Source of the DNA: an uncultured Verrucomicrobiae bacterium
GTDB lineage: Bacteria > Verrucomicrobiota > Verrucomicrobiia > Palsa-1439
DNA: 64,000 nucleotides
Assembly (NCBI GenBank): GCA_963812605.1
Contig: CAWEWF010000010.1
Coordinates: forward strand, 128,001 to 192,000
Direction of reading: 5' to 3'
Position 1 is the first letter of the stretch, and every line of letters starts with the position of its first letter. The notes under the pieces are model-generated. The model had not been told where the DNA came from. It was given only the letters and a program-made list of their open reading frames with translations, and did not search any database. A program made the position numbers and the translations under genes. Shown here one piece after another: positions 11,404 through 22,391 of this stretch.

Positions 11404-11577
11404 ACGGCGCGTAAGTGGAGGATAGGGGATAAGGAGTACGGCCTGCTTCAAGACGGATATTCGCATCGATGTGATGGGAAGATTTGTCCTCAGAGCAGAC
11501 GGGGTCCCCAAAAAATGAGAATGGCAGTCTTGTGCTTTGCGCACAGTGAACGTAAACAAAACGAAGGAGGACACAGA

Positions 11578-12912
11578 GTGAAGAAACTATGGCTAGTAGT
11601 CGCACTGGTTTCCCTGGGGGGATTGACCAGTAAGACATTCGCCGATGTCCAGAATATCCGCCTAAGCGGCGATATCCGCATTCGCGGCTATTTCCTTGAT
11701 GCCGCGGACGACGCCAACAAGGGCAATGCTACATTCATCTCGCAACGGACACGGGTTTCGGTCGAAGCCGACCTCGAAGACCACGTGTTGGTGGTTGTCA
11801 CACTCCAGGCCGAAGGTGAATGGGGCGCCAATAATTCCACCAGTGGTTCAACAGGAGCGGGTACGGTTCCGGGGAACAAGCTCAGCCGCGGCTGGGATGT
11901 CGGTGTTTCTGAGGCCTACGTCCAGTTCAACGAACTGTTCTACACCCCGGCCACGCTGAAACTTGGCCGTCAGTACCTCCAATACGGTCGCGGGCTGATC
12001 ATCAGCAGCGTCGAGCAGGAATATAACTATGACGCCGCTCGCCTCGTGCTCGATTATTACCCGCTGACGATTGACCTCGTCGGTGCGCAGCTGGTGAACA
12101 ATCAAACCTTCGGTGCGACACCACAGAACAAGATAGGGGGCGTCGAGGGCGCCTCTGACCTGTTGTTCCTGAACGCGCGTTATGAAATGAGCGACTCCGC
12201 GCTGAAGGACGTCGAGGCGTATTTCGGCTGGGTTTCTCAAGGTCCCAGCGGCCCGGTCGTCTCAAGCCGCGTTCCGCCGACCGCCGGCGGTAGTTCGCCC
12301 CTGATCATTGGTCTGCGCGCTGACATCAACCCAATCGAAAGTCTTCAGACGTGGGTTGAAGGTGCGTATGAGTTTGGCGAAGGCGCCGCTGGCGGCAATG
12401 AACTCAGTGCGTTCCTCTTCAACTTGGGTGGCAAATACACGTTGAAGGATGTCCAGTGGGTGCCGGTATTGAACGGAGGCTACACCTTTGCGTCAGGTGG
12501 CGCGAAGAATGGTGATGGTACTTTCGTTCCCTGGTTTGACTACGTGGATGGGTACAACGGCTATCTGTTTGCCCCTTCGCTCTCAAACATCCAAATCTTC
12601 AACTTGGGCGCGTCGGTGAAGCCTTACGAGAACACCACGCTCGCGTTGCAGGTTTATTACTACCTGAAAGCGGATTTAAACGTCGCGTCTGGAAGCAACG
12701 CCAATGTTGATTTTGGCGGACTGGCGGCGCCTGCGGCCGCAACCAGCCAGGACATCGGCTGGGAAATTGACGGAATCCTTGGCTACGACTACAGCAAGGA
12801 CGTCCGGGCCCAACTCGTTTACGGTGCCTTCATACCGGAGGGCGCCTATCGCCACGAAGGCTTTACCGCTGTGGCCGAGGAAGTCCGCGCGGAAGTCAAC
12901 GTCAAGTTCTAA
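11578..12912 (+). CDS. Alginate-export-family outer-membrane beta-barrel
   Basis: AAGGAGG RBS, GTG start, signal peptide, SGDIRIR, EAYVQ, LKLGRQYLQYG, DIGWEID and a C-terminal Phe. Confidence 0.8.
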   Translation: MKKLWLVVALVSLGGLTSKTFADVQNIRLSGDIRIRGYFLDAADDANKGNATFISQRTRVSVEADLEDHVLVVVTLQAEGEWGANNSTSGSTGAGTVPGNKLSRGWDVGVSEAYVQFNELFYTPATLKLGRQYLQYGRGLIISSVEQEYNYDAARLVLDYYPLTIDLVGAQLVNNQTFGATPQNKIGGVEGASDLLFLNARYEMSDSALKDVEAYFGWVSQGPSGPVVSSRVPPTAGGSSPLIIGLRADINPIESLQTWVEGAYEFGEGAAGGNELSAFLFNLGGKYTLKDVQWVPVLNGGYTFASGGAKNGDGTFVPWFDYVDGYNGYLFAPSLSNIQIFNLGASVKPYENTTLALQVYYYLKADLNVASGSNANVDFGGLAAPAAATSQDIGWEIDGILGYDYSKDVRAQLVYGAFIPEGAYRHEGFTAVAEEVRAEVNVKF

Positions 12913-12934
12913 CCGGAACGGTTAAACTCTAACC

Positions 12935-12970
12935 GAAGACCCCCCGATTCGTCGGGGGGTCTTTTTTTTC
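12935..12970 (+). terminator. Rho-independent terminator
   Basis: AAGACCCCCCGA-TTCG-TCGGGGGGTCTT followed by a T run. Confidence 0.9.
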
Positions 12971-13006
12971 TCGGCCTCGGCTTCGGGGTGTGTTTTCATA
13001 CCCGAC

Positions 13007-13546
13007 ATGGCGAACCCGGCATCGTCGGACGAGATCTTCGATGTGGTCGATGAATTGGACCGCGTGATCGGTTCGGCCCCGCGCTCCGAGGTACACCGCC
13101 GAAAGCTGCGGCATCGGGCCGTCCACGTTTTCCTCTTCAACACGCGTTCCGATCTCTTTGTGCAGAAGCGTTCGGCCGCCAAGGACACTTTTCCCGGCTG
13201 TTTTGACTCCAGCGCCTCGGGCCACCTGAATAGCGGGGAGGATTACGACATTTGTGCGCGACGTGAGACGCAAGAGGAACTCGGGTTGGTGGTGCCCGTT
13301 GGACGGCTCTCCCGGCACTTCAAGGTCGAAGCCTCTGAGCAAACCGGGTGGGAGTTTGTGTGGGCTTACAGCGTGGTCAGCGACCAGCCGCTGCGGATCA
13401 ATCTCGATGAACTTGAATCCGGCGAGTTCTGGACACCCGAACACACGCGATCGCTGCTGGAGACGCATCCGCAACGGTTTGCGCCCGGTTTTGTGTTGGT
13501 GTTCAACGAGTTCGACAGTCGCAGCCTCTTTCCCCTAAAGCCGTAG
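13007..13546 (+). CDS. NUDIX hydrolase (YfcD/IPP-isomerase-like)
   Basis: HRAVHVFLFN, QKRS..KD..PG, Nudix box GHLNSGEDY..CARRETQEELG. Confidence 0.85.
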   Translation: MANPASSDEIFDVVDELDRVIGSAPRSEVHRRKLRHRAVHVFLFNTRSDLFVQKRSAAKDTFPGCFDSSASGHLNSGEDYDICARRETQEELGLVVPVGRLSRHFKVEASEQTGWEFVWAYSVVSDQPLRINLDELESGEFWTPEHTRSLLETHPQRFAPGFVLVFNEFDSRSLFPLKP

Positions 13547-13644
13547 CCACGCCGAAACCGTTGCAAAGGGCACTGCTTTTTCGTATACAGGTGCGGCCCC
13601 GTCCGGGTGGGCGCGGTGAGTTTCGACAATCGCAAAGGAGATCT

Positions 13645-13950
13645 ATGCCGACGGTTGAGTTTTTGAATGCTGGCAAGAAGGTGGATTGTGGGCAGTATGC
13701 CAACCTCCGCAAGACGGCGCTACTCCAGGGGATTCCCGTCTACAAGGGGATTGATGAAAAGCTTAACTGTCAGGGAAACGGTCTGTGCGGCACGTGCGTG
13801 ATGGAGATCGTCGAAGGCATTGAGAATCTTTCACCTTTGACGCGTCGCGAAAAACTGCGACTGAAGGATCCGACGGCGAATCGCCGCCTGAGCTGCCAGT
13901 GTCAGGTCATGGGCGATATTGTCTGTATCACCGCACCCGCTCTGGATTGA
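13645..13950 (+). CDS. 2Fe-2S ferredoxin
   Basis: NCQGNGLCGTC and RLSCQC; AAGGAG RBS. Confidence 0.9.
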   Translation: MPTVEFLNAGKKVDCGQYANLRKTALLQGIPVYKGIDEKLNCQGNGLCGTCVMEIVEGIENLSPLTRREKLRLKDPTANRRLSCQCQVMGDIVCITAPALD

Positions 13951-14066
13951 TCGCGCGAACATGACTTGCCTCCGACGCGCTTCCCACGGTACAATTGGCT
14001 CTCAGTCGGATGGGATCAGCGGTGGGGAAGTACGTCAGCGACGGGAATTGCCTTGAGGGGCGAGTT

Positions 14067-14702
14067 ATGGATTTGAAAGCGTCGGTCGAATTGCGGGAAA
14101 TCTCAAAGAATCTCCACGGTTGGGCAAGTTTTCATCCGCAATGGAAAGTGGATTTTAACAGTTTTGCGCTGAAGACGGCCGAAGGAGTTGTTTTCATCGA
14201 TCCGTTGAAGGTCGAACCTGCCGTACTCCAGAAAATCGAGGCCCTTGGCGAGCCGATCGGCATTTTTCTCACCAATGCCCATCATGACCGCGACTCGGAT
14301 TGGTTTCGCAAACAGTACGGGATCCAGGTCTACGCCCACGAAAAAGCCAGGGCCGACTGCGACACCAAGATCGATGTGCTGCTGATGGACGGCGAGCGGC
14401 TGCCGGGTGGCGTGAAGGCGGTGCATCTTCCCGGCTCTTCCGCGAGTGAGACCGCGTATTACGTCAAGTCGGGTGGCGGCATCGTTCTGGTGGGCGACAC
14501 TCTGCTCAATCAAGGAGACAAGGGACTGGCATTGCTGCCGGAAGCGTATATCGAGGACAAGAAACAGGCCCTGAAGTCGCTCCAGAGGCTGCTGGCCCTC
14601 GATTTCAAAATCATCACGTTCGCCCACGGCAACCCGATCGTGGAAAACGCGAAGAGCGAAATCACGAAATTCCTCAAGAAACCAAACAAGAAAAATTCAT
14701 GA
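14067..14702 (+). CDS. Metallo-beta-lactamase-fold protein
   Basis: FIDP, LTNAHHDRD, LVGD, FAHG. Confidence 0.7.
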   Translation: MDLKASVELREISKNLHGWASFHPQWKVDFNSFALKTAEGVVFIDPLKVEPAVLQKIEALGEPIGIFLTNAHHDRDSDWFRKQYGIQVYAHEKARADCDTKIDVLLMDGERLPGGVKAVHLPGSSASETAYYVKSGGGIVLVGDTLLNQGDKGLALLPEAYIEDKKQALKSLQRLLALDFKIITFAHGNPIVENAKSEITKFLKKPNKKNS

Positions 14703-14821
14703 GCCAACAATACAATAAAGTCGAGAAACGTCGCCGTCGCACCGCCTATCTGAGGCGTTTGAAAGTGAAACAAAAGAAAGCCAATCCCAAAGCCGCCAAG
14801 CCGGCTCCTGCTTCCGCCTAA
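14699..14821 (+). CDS. Small basic protein (40 aa), not in the ORF track
   Basis: Start overlaps the upstream stop (ATGA); MSQQYNKVEKRRRRTAYLRRLKVKQKKANPKAAKPAPASA*. Confidence 0.7.
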   Translation: MSQQYNKVEKRRRRTAYLRRLKVKQKKANPKAAKPAPASA

Positions 14822-14826
14822 TTCCG

Positions 14827-15861
14827 TCAGTTTCCCCCTTCTTCCGCCCAGGCGGCGGGAACGAGGCCGTAGTTTCGGGCGTGGAGTTCGGCCAGGCTGG
14901 TCAATTCCGCCGGGGTCAGGCTGGCCATATCCGATGCCGCCGCAAATTCGCGGAGCTGCTGCTCGTTATAGATATTGGGCAGCACCGAACCAATACTGGG
15001 CTCTGTGAGGATGAACTGGATCGCCGCCTGGCCCAGGGTGCGGCCGGTGGCCTGCGTGAGAAACGAGATCTGCTCGACTTTCTTCAATCCGTCCATCAAC
15101 CAGGCCTTCTTTTTTTCGTTGTCGGCCACGCGGAAGCTGCGATGGTCGTCCTTGCCGAAGGTCGTCTTCTCGGAATAATTCCCTTCCAGTAACCCCGACG
15201 AATGCGGCACGCGTGTAAAAACGTTCCGGTCGCACTCGCGGGCTGCGGGGAAGATGGATTCACCCAGCATCTGCTCGAACAAATTGTAAATGATCTGCAC
15301 ATGCGCGCCGCGCTCACGCAAGGCCGCGATGCCTTCCGCTATCTGGCGCTGATCGATCGCCGGGCCCAACGCCACGCCAAACGCAAGGATCTTGCCGTCT
15401 TCGCGCAGTTCCCGCAAGGTGTCGAATACGTCGTCGTTGCGGATCGTTTCGATGCGCGGGTTGTGAAGCTGGTAGAAATCGATGCGGTCGGTCTTCAGTC
15501 GTTGCAGGCTTTGGTCGCAGGCCTGGCGAATGAAATCCGACGACCAGTTGTGAGGACGTTCCCGTTGCCCGGGCTGCACGCCGGGATGATTATAAAAATC
15601 GTAGCCAAATTTCGTGGCGATGACGATCTCGTCGCGCCGCCCGTCAAAAGCCCGGGCCAGCAATACTTCTCCCTTGCCGTCACCATAGACATCCGCGGTG
15701 TCGAAGAAATTGATGCCACAGTCGAATGCCAGCCGCAGCAGACGGACGCCCGTGTCGTAATCTTCATCGGCTACGCCCCACATTTTCGTGCCGACCGTCC
15801 AAACGCCAAAGCCGACCTCGGAAACCTTGCGAGAAGTGCCTTTCAACATGCGGTATTTCAT
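14827..15861 (-). CDS. Aldo/keto reductase
   Basis: [43 protein letters not shown]. Confidence 0.92.
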   Translation of the reverse strand: MKYRMLKGTSRKVSEVGFGVWTVGTKMWGVADEDYDTGVRLLRLAFDCGINFFDTADVYGDGKGEVLLARAFDGRRDEIVIATKFGYDFYNHPGVQPGQRERPHNWSSDFIRQACDQSLQRLKTDRIDFYQLHNPRIETIRNDDVFDTLRELREDGKILAFGVALGPAIDQRQIAEGIAALRERGAHVQIIYNLFEQMLGESIFPAARECDRNVFTRVPHSSGLLEGNYSEKTTFGKDDHRSFRVADNEKKKAWLMDGLKKVEQISFLTQATGRTLGQAAIQFILTEPSIGSVLPNIYNEQQLREFAAASDMASLTPAELTSLAELHARNYGLVPAAWAEEGGN

Positions 15862-15979
15862 GGTGAATCCTGTGACTTATCCGCCCCATCTTATCGGGGA
15901 GTGCGTCTTCCGGCGAGCCGAAAAGGCGGGATTTTCCGGGTGGACACACCGGGATAGATGCGCTAAGTAATAGTCGGCC

Positions 15980-16567
15980 ATGCAAGTGACTTCCAATATC
16001 GCGTTCAAGGAGTGGGCCGTCGCGGTGGATGCACTGGGACGGGGAGAGCAGGTCATCATTCTCCGCAAGGGAGGCATTCGCGAGCCAAGCGGTGAGTTCC
16101 AGGTCGATCACCATGAATTTTGGCTGTTCCCGACGCAGTACCACGAAGCCGAGCGTTCCGTCATCCCGTCAAAGCGTCCGCTGTTGCGCGAAATGGCTGT
16201 TGCCGCGCCCCGGGACTTCGTCGATATCGAGTATTACGCGGTGGCCGACCCGGCCTTGAAGATCAGGGACATCGAACGCTTGAAACGTTTGCAGGGGCGG
16301 CATATCTGGAGCGAGCCGGTTCTCCAGGAACGCTTCCAGTTCGGGCGCGAAGCGGGGTTGCACGTGTTGTTGACTCGCGTCTACCGGCGGCCCGCGCCGG
16401 AGCGATTCGCATTGCGCGAGTCCTATGGAGGCTGTAAGAGTTGGGTCGAACTCGAACGCGGGTTGTCCACTGAAGGCTTGACGCCAGTGCTCGGGGATGT
16501 TGAATATAGTGTTCAGCGGGAAGAGATTGTGGAACGGTTATCGGATCATGCCCTTGCTCATTCATAA
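15980..16567 (+). CDS. DUF1802-family protein
   Basis: AFKEWAV, LRKGGIRE, FWLFPT, YGGCKSWVEL. Confidence 0.8.
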   Translation: MQVTSNIAFKEWAVAVDALGRGEQVIILRKGGIREPSGEFQVDHHEFWLFPTQYHEAERSVIPSKRPLLREMAVAAPRDFVDIEYYAVADPALKIRDIERLKRLQGRHIWSEPVLQERFQFGREAGLHVLLTRVYRRPAPERFALRESYGGCKSWVELERGLSTEGLTPVLGDVEYSVQREEIVERLSDHALAHS

Positions 16568-16994
16568 ACGGCCCGACGGCACCGAGAAAAGTCTCGAGTT
16601 TGCCAGCAAACCCCTCATCGTCGGTCGTCTCCCGGAATCGGAGATCTCCGTCCGCGACGCGTTCATCTCCCGCGTGCATTGCGGCGTCAGTTACGTCAAC
16701 GGTCAATTCACCCTCAAGGATCTGGGTTCGACCAACGGCACCTACCGCAACGGCGCGCGGGTGTTCGAGTGCACGCTCGCCACGGGCGACAAAATTCAGG
16801 TCGGGAACACGACCATCGTCTTTGAGGTGGACACGAAGAGTGGCAACGCGATCTTGCGCCAAATCCCCCAGATGGTCGCCCCTCCGTCAACGCTCGGGGG
16901 TTCCACGCCGCCGCGTCCCGACCTCCGGCAGGTCACGGTGCCGGTCAAGGAACCGATGGTCAAACCCTCACCGTCAGCTCTCCGTCCCAAGTAA
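16548..16994 (+). CDS. FHA-domain protein
   Basis: IVGR, ISRVHC, DLGSTNGT, GDKIQVG and a Pro-rich tail. Confidence 0.9.
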   Translation: MPLLIHKRPDGTEKSLEFASKPLIVGRLPESEISVRDAFISRVHCGVSYVNGQFTLKDLGSTNGTYRNGARVFECTLATGDKIQVGNTTIVFEVDTKSGNAILRQIPQMVAPPSTLGGSTPPRPDLRQVTVPVKEPMVKPSPSALRPK

Positions 16995-17011
16995 TCCAAA
17001 CGGAGCGCCTT

Positions 17012-17467
17012 ATGAACGTGGCGCACAAATCCATCCTCTCAGTTCTCCTGGCGGCCTGTTTTGTCCTTGCGTCCGCGACCCGCGGCGAATCGCAGGAGGC
17101 AACAAACCAGGTCAAATCATCCGCGGAGACCGCCCGTGACGAGGCCCGGCAGCGGCGCGCCAAGATGCCCATCGCCAAGGGCGCCATCAAGGAGATCGAT
17201 TTGCTCCGCCACCAGGTCAAACTCACGACGGAGGATGGCCTGCGGACCTTCACCTACTCGAGCCGGACGTACATTTTCCGCGATAAGGAGAAGATCACCG
17301 CCGACAAGCTGAAAGTCGGCGAAATTGTTGCTTTGCGATTTAACACGGACAAGGATGGCAACGTGCTCGTGCAGCGCATCAAGGCCCGCACGCCGTCAGA
17401 ACTCATGGAACCGCCTTCCTCTGGTCCCGCTGATGCGACGAACGCTGCCGCGGCCAAGCAGCCGTAA
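17012..17467 (+). CDS. Secreted small beta-barrel (OB-fold/DUF5666-like) protein
   Basis: Signal peptide; G.I..ID, T.I, LKVGEIV pattern. Confidence 0.55.
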   Translation: MNVAHKSILSVLLAACFVLASATRGESQEATNQVKSSAETARDEARQRRAKMPIAKGAIKEIDLLRHQVKLTTEDGLRTFTYSSRTYIFRDKEKITADKLKVGEIVALRFNTDKDGNVLVQRIKARTPSELMEPPSSGPADATNAAAAKQP

Positions 17468-17536
17468 AAGAGGCCTGTAGATTCCCGCTGTGTTGCAATT
17501 CCCGACCCGGGCGGTAGAATCTCCACCGGTGACTGG

Positions 17537-18325
17537 GTGAACCGGAGAAGCTCAACCACAATCGCTCTCACTGTCGCTGGATCGGACAGCGGTGGCGGCG
17601 CCGGCATTCAGGCTGACCTCAAAACTTTCCAGGCGCATGGCGTCTTCGGCACGAGCGCGATCACCTGTATTACCGCGCAGAATCCGGATCGTGTCAGCGC
17701 CACGCAGGCTCTCGCGCCGCGGCTCGTTGCGGAACAGATGGACCGTATCTTTGAAGCGTTCCCCGTCGGCGCGGCGAAGACCGGGATGTTGTACGACGCG
17801 GCGATCATTACGGCCGTCGCGCGCGGTTTTGTCCGCCGCAAGTTCCGCCGAGTTGTTGTCGATCCGGTGATGGTGGCCAGCAGTGGCGCGCGGCTGCTCA
17901 AGAGCGACGCGATCACGACGTTGGCAAACAGCCTTTTCCCGCACGCGATGGTCGTGACTCCCAATCTCGCCGAGGCCGAGGTGCTGTTGTGCAGTCCCAT
18001 CCGTACGCTCGGCGAACTGCGCGCGGCGGCGCGATTTTTGGCGGAAAAATTCGGCGTACCGTTCCTCGTGAAAGGAGGGCACCTGCGCGACGGAAGATCA
18101 GCCGTCGATGTGCTCTTCGACGGCAAACAGCTTCACGAATACCGCGCGACGCGGGTGCCAAATATCAAAACCCACGGCACCGGCTGCGTCTTTTCCGCCG
18201 CCATTGCGGCCAATCTGGCCCTCGGTCACGGTTTGGCGGAGTCCATCGCCCGCGCAAAACGATTCGTGACCAGTGCCATTCGCGGCGCGCGAAAAGTAGG
18301 GCCACACTCCGTGCTGCGGATATGA
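17537..18325 (+). CDS. thiD: Hydroxymethylpyrimidine/phosphomethylpyrimidine kinase
   Basis: TVAGSDSGGGAGIQADLKT, KTGML, VDPVM, TPNLAEA, KGGH, THGTGC. Confidence 0.95.
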   Translation: MNRRSSTTIALTVAGSDSGGGAGIQADLKTFQAHGVFGTSAITCITAQNPDRVSATQALAPRLVAEQMDRIFEAFPVGAAKTGMLYDAAIITAVARGFVRRKFRRVVVDPVMVASSGARLLKSDAITTLANSLFPHAMVVTPNLAEAEVLLCSPIRTLGELRAAARFLAEKFGVPFLVKGGHLRDGRSAVDVLFDGKQLHEYRATRVPNIKTHGTGCVFSAAIAANLALGHGLAESIARAKRFVTSAIRGARKVGPHSVLRI

Positions 18326-20740
18326 AGCGTCCGCTCACGGGACTGGCAGTCGCGTACGCTGCAGGAATCTGGATTGGATCGCGGGTGGGTTGGCCGGCGA
18401 TGACAGCGTGCGTCGTAGCGGCGGGACTGCTCGCCGTTTTTTTATTTCTCCAGCGAACGCGCTGGGGTCTGGCGGCGCTGGTGGCGGCGGTTCTCGTGGC
18501 GGGAATCACCCGTTACCGGGAGGCCGCGACGATCTCTTCTCCCAACGACATCACGCGTTTGCTCGAACCGCGCGATCAGAATGTCCAGATGCAAGGCGTC
18601 ATTGTCAGTGATCCCGGGGATCACGCCGGGCCCTCGAATGAAGATGAACCGGAACGGCAGCGTTTCGAATTCGAACTGACCGGCGTGGAACACTACGGCC
18701 AATGGCAGCCGGCCGTCGGTCGCATTCTTATCTTCGTCAGCGAAACGCGGGATGCCGAGCCGCTGCGCTACGGTGATCAGCTCACGTTTTCGGCGCTTTT
18801 GCGCGTGCCGCCGCCCGCGCGGAATCCCGGCGCGTTCGACTGGCGGACCTGGCTGGAGCAGCGCGGGATTCATTTCACGGTGACAATTCGCAAAACCGAT
18901 GCGGTTCATGTCGAAGCCCACGACCAGGGCAATCCCGTGATCGCGGTATCGCTGCGGTTGAGCGAATATCTGGAGCACACGTTGCAGTTCGGGCTCGAAA
19001 ACGAACCGAAGCTCGCGGGCGCCCTGGCCGGGATGGTGCTCGGGAAACGATCGGAAATACCGACGGAAACCTACGCGGACTTCCAGCGGACCGGTGTGTT
19101 TCATGTCTTCGCAATTAACGGGCTGCACGTCGGGCTCGTGACGGCGGTGGTGCTGATCGTGTTGCGCCTGTTCAGAATTCCGCGCCGCTGGTGTGCGATA
19201 GTGGCCGTGCCGCTGCTGATTCTTTACGTGTTCGCGACCGGCGCTCATCCGGGCGCCGTGCGGGCGCTGGTGATGGCCTGCGTCATGTTGACCGGCTGGA
19301 TGCTGGTGCGACCTGGCGGATTTCCTGAACAGTCTGGCTGCGGCAGCGTTGATCATCCTTGTTTGTGCCCCCGCGCAACTCCTGGACGGCGGATTCATCC
19401 TGTCGTTTTCCGTGGTATTGGCGTTTGTGACATTGTCGCCACGTATCGAGGCGTTGCTACTGGTGCGGGTTCGGCCGGATCCATTCTTGCCCCGGCAATT
19501 TATCCCGGAGTGGCGGAGGAAGCTGACAGGTGGGTTGAACCGCATTATCCAATTGCTGAGTTACTCCATCGCGGCGTGGCTGGGGCTGCTGCCCCTGATG
19601 GCGACCTATTTTCACTTATTCACGCCAATCAGCATCGTAGCCAATCTGCTGGTCATCCCTTTGCTGGGCAGCATCCTTGCGCTGGGATTGTTGGCCGCGC
19701 TGGCACACGTCGCTTCGGTGTGGTTGACGGTGACGTTGAACAACGCGAACGGTTTTCTCCTCAGTATCCTGATTCATAGCGTCGACTGGCTTGGCCATTT
19801 GTCCTTCGGCCACCGTTTTGTGCAAGCCCCGCCCCTCTGGCTGGTCTGGGCCTATTACGGGCTCGGCATCTTCCTACTGAACATTCCCCCGTCACGGCGA
19901 AGACTGGCCGTCGCTTTGTCGGTAGCGACGATGGCAGCGGCGTTGTTCTTGAGCGGCGGTGGCGCCAACCAGGTGGAACTCACCGTCTTGTCATTGAACG
20001 ACGGTTCGTCCATCTTCATCGATGCGCCCGGCGAGCGCAACGACATGCTGGTCGACGGCGGTGGCGGTTGGAGCGGGGCGCACATCGTGATCCCGTTTCT
20101 CCGGGCGCAAGGAGTGAATCACCTCGCCGCGATCGTCCTCACTCGCGGTGACAAGGCCCATGCGGCCGGATTGGACGATGTCGTCGATGCGGTTCCCATC
20201 CACGAGGCGCTCTACAGCGGAATCGGCTCGCGCTCGAAATATTTTCCCCAATGGGTCGAAGAGATAAAGATGCACAAGATTCCTTTGCGCGCGGTCAAGG
20301 CGGGAGACGATCTGGGCGCCACGTCGAAGTTGCATATTCGCGTGTTGAATCCGCCGCCCGGTGTGACGGCCAGCCGCAGTGAAGATAATGCGCTGGTGCT
20401 CGCGATTGAGTTCGGTCCGACGCGTGTGCTGTTAATGTCCGATGTGGGCGAGACCGTGGAGAAGCGGCTCCTGAAAAACTTCAGCGATCTGCATGCCCAG
20501 GTTATCGTGAAAGGCCAGCACGGCACGGAATCGTCGTGCACCGCCGAATTTCTCGATGCCGTCCGCCCTGAAGCCGTCGTGCAAGTGGTCAACTTGAACG
20601 ACAGCCACCATTATCCCGAACCGGGTCTGCGCGGCCGGCTGGCGCAACGCAACATCACCCTCTTTCGTAGCGACGAAAGTGGCGCGGTCACCATTGGGCT
20701 GACCTCCGACAAGTACGAGATTCACACATTTCTCAAGTAA
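18322..20740 (+). CDS. comEC: ComEC/Rec2 DNA-uptake protein, frameshift near 19315
   Basis: RNPGAFD, TGVFHVFAINGLHVG, GFILSF, IVANLL and a C-terminal MBL-like domain; split between ORFs 17989 and 19349. Confidence 0.9.
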
Positions 20741-20838
20741 GTTTACCCGCCGCCGGAGCATTCTGACTTGTCTGGCTAACCGGGCCTCGCCATACTGCGC
20801 GGGGATGGACGGCTGGAATACGAGATAAAGACAGCAAG

Positions 20839-21735
20839 ATGATTATTATTACCGGAGCGACAGGATTTGTTGGGGAGGAAGTTGTCAAACAGGCGCGGGC
20901 CGCGGGTCATCCGGTTCGCGCCATCGTGCGCAATCCGCAACGCGCGTCGTGGCTGGCGGAGCGTTACGGGGCCGAGCTTTTTCACGGCAACGTCTTGTAC
21001 GCGCCGTCGATTGAAGGCGCGATGCAGGACGCGAAGTGTGTGATTCATCTGGTGGGCATTATCCGCGAATGGAAGGAAAACACGTTCGAACGAGTGCACG
21101 TCGAGGCGACGAAGCACGTGATTGATGAGGCGAAGAAAGCCGGCGTGAAACGGTTCCTGCACATGAGCGCGCTCGGCACGCGGGAGAATGCGCGGAGCCG
21201 TTACCAGCAGACGAAGTGGGCGGGGGAAGACTGCGTGCGCAGGAGCGGCCTGGCCTGGACAATCTTCCGTCCGTCGTTCATTTATGGCCCGCAAGACAAG
21301 GCGATCAACACCCTGGCGAAGCTCGTGCAACGCCTGCCGTTCGTGCCGGTCCTCGGCGGCGGCAATACGAGGATCCAGCCGATTTCGGTGGCGAATGTGG
21401 CCCGCGCATTTGTCGGGGCGATTCGCAATGACGAGAGCATCAGCCAGACCTACGATCTTTGCGGACCGGAGCCTTTTACCTGGAACGAACTGTACGACAA
21501 ATTGCAGACAATCCTCGGTACGCGAAAACCGAAGTGGCATTTGCCGCTGCCCATTGCGCGGGTGCAAGCGGCGCTTTTCGAGAAGATTCTGCCGAATCCG
21601 CCCTTTACGCGCGACCAACTTCTCATGTTGCAAGAGGACAACATTGGCGATCCAAAACCAGCGGAGCGGGACTTCGTGTTGGAGCAGGAGAGCTTCGAGG
21701 AAGGCGTGGCCCGCTATCTCAAGCGCAATGCCTAA
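20839..21735 (+). CDS. NDUFA9-like NAD(P)-binding SDR/epimerase
   Basis: ITGATGFVG, HLVGII, HMSALG, YQQTK, RPSFIYG. Confidence 0.88.
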   Translation: MIIITGATGFVGEEVVKQARAAGHPVRAIVRNPQRASWLAERYGAELFHGNVLYAPSIEGAMQDAKCVIHLVGIIREWKENTFERVHVEATKHVIDEAKKAGVKRFLHMSALGTRENARSRYQQTKWAGEDCVRRSGLAWTIFRPSFIYGPQDKAINTLAKLVQRLPFVPVLGGGNTRIQPISVANVARAFVGAIRNDESISQTYDLCGPEPFTWNELYDKLQTILGTRKPKWHLPLPIARVQAALFEKILPNPPFTRDQLLMLQEDNIGDPKPAERDFVLEQESFEEGVARYLKRNA

Positions 21736-21816
21736 GAAAAAAACAGGGAATCCAAAACGGATTCCCTGTCGCAATTTCGAGATTTAAGGAAGTGTAGCCA
21801 GTCCTTGCTTCTCTAC

Positions 21817-22194
21817 TTATTCCGTCTTCTTGGGGGCATCGGGCGGTCCGATCCTGTGGGCCGTCGCGACACCGTCTTCCTCGGTGTATCCGACCTTGAC
21901 CTTGTCACCCACCTTGATGTCAGCAGCTGTTGCGTCCTTCTTGTCGGCGGTGGCGTACCTGGTCTTCTCAACGATTTTGAACGTCTTGCTTTCTGTGCCC
22001 TTCTTGACGACAAGGCTGCCTGCCTTCGCGTCGATGGATTCGACCAGCCCCGTGAACGCTTGTCTCTTGGGCTTGGCCGGCGCCTGGGCGGGTGCCGGTG
22101 CGTTGGTGTCTTCAGCCCGTACCGGCGCCGTGAACGCAACCGCGACTGCCACAATACCCAATGCCATAGCTGCCCGTAGCAGATGTTTACTCAT
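21817..22194 (-). CDS. Secreted small beta-barrel (OB-fold-like) protein
   Basis: GGAGG RBS, signal peptide ending VRA, G.VESID, DIKVGDKVKVGY. Confidence 0.65.
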   Translation of the reverse strand: MSKHLLRAAMALGIVAVAVAFTAPVRAEDTNAPAPAQAPAKPKRQAFTGLVESIDAKAGSLVVKKGTESKTFKIVEKTRYATADKKDATAADIKVGDKVKVGYTEEDGVATAHRIGPPDAPKKTE

Positions 22195-22391
22195 GTCTTT
22201 CCTCCTGTTGTTGTGAGGGTTCTATCATTAATATCCCCGGAAGCCTCAGTCGGTGTTTAGAGTAAAATCCCCCGCCCGTCAAGGCTTTTTGCTTGATTCG
22301 CTGGGCCTTCGGGTACAATCTAAATCAGTCTCGCGCCGCGCGAGTCAGGCGGAGTCTTAAAGGTAAACCAGTTTTCGGGAGATTCTCCAAA

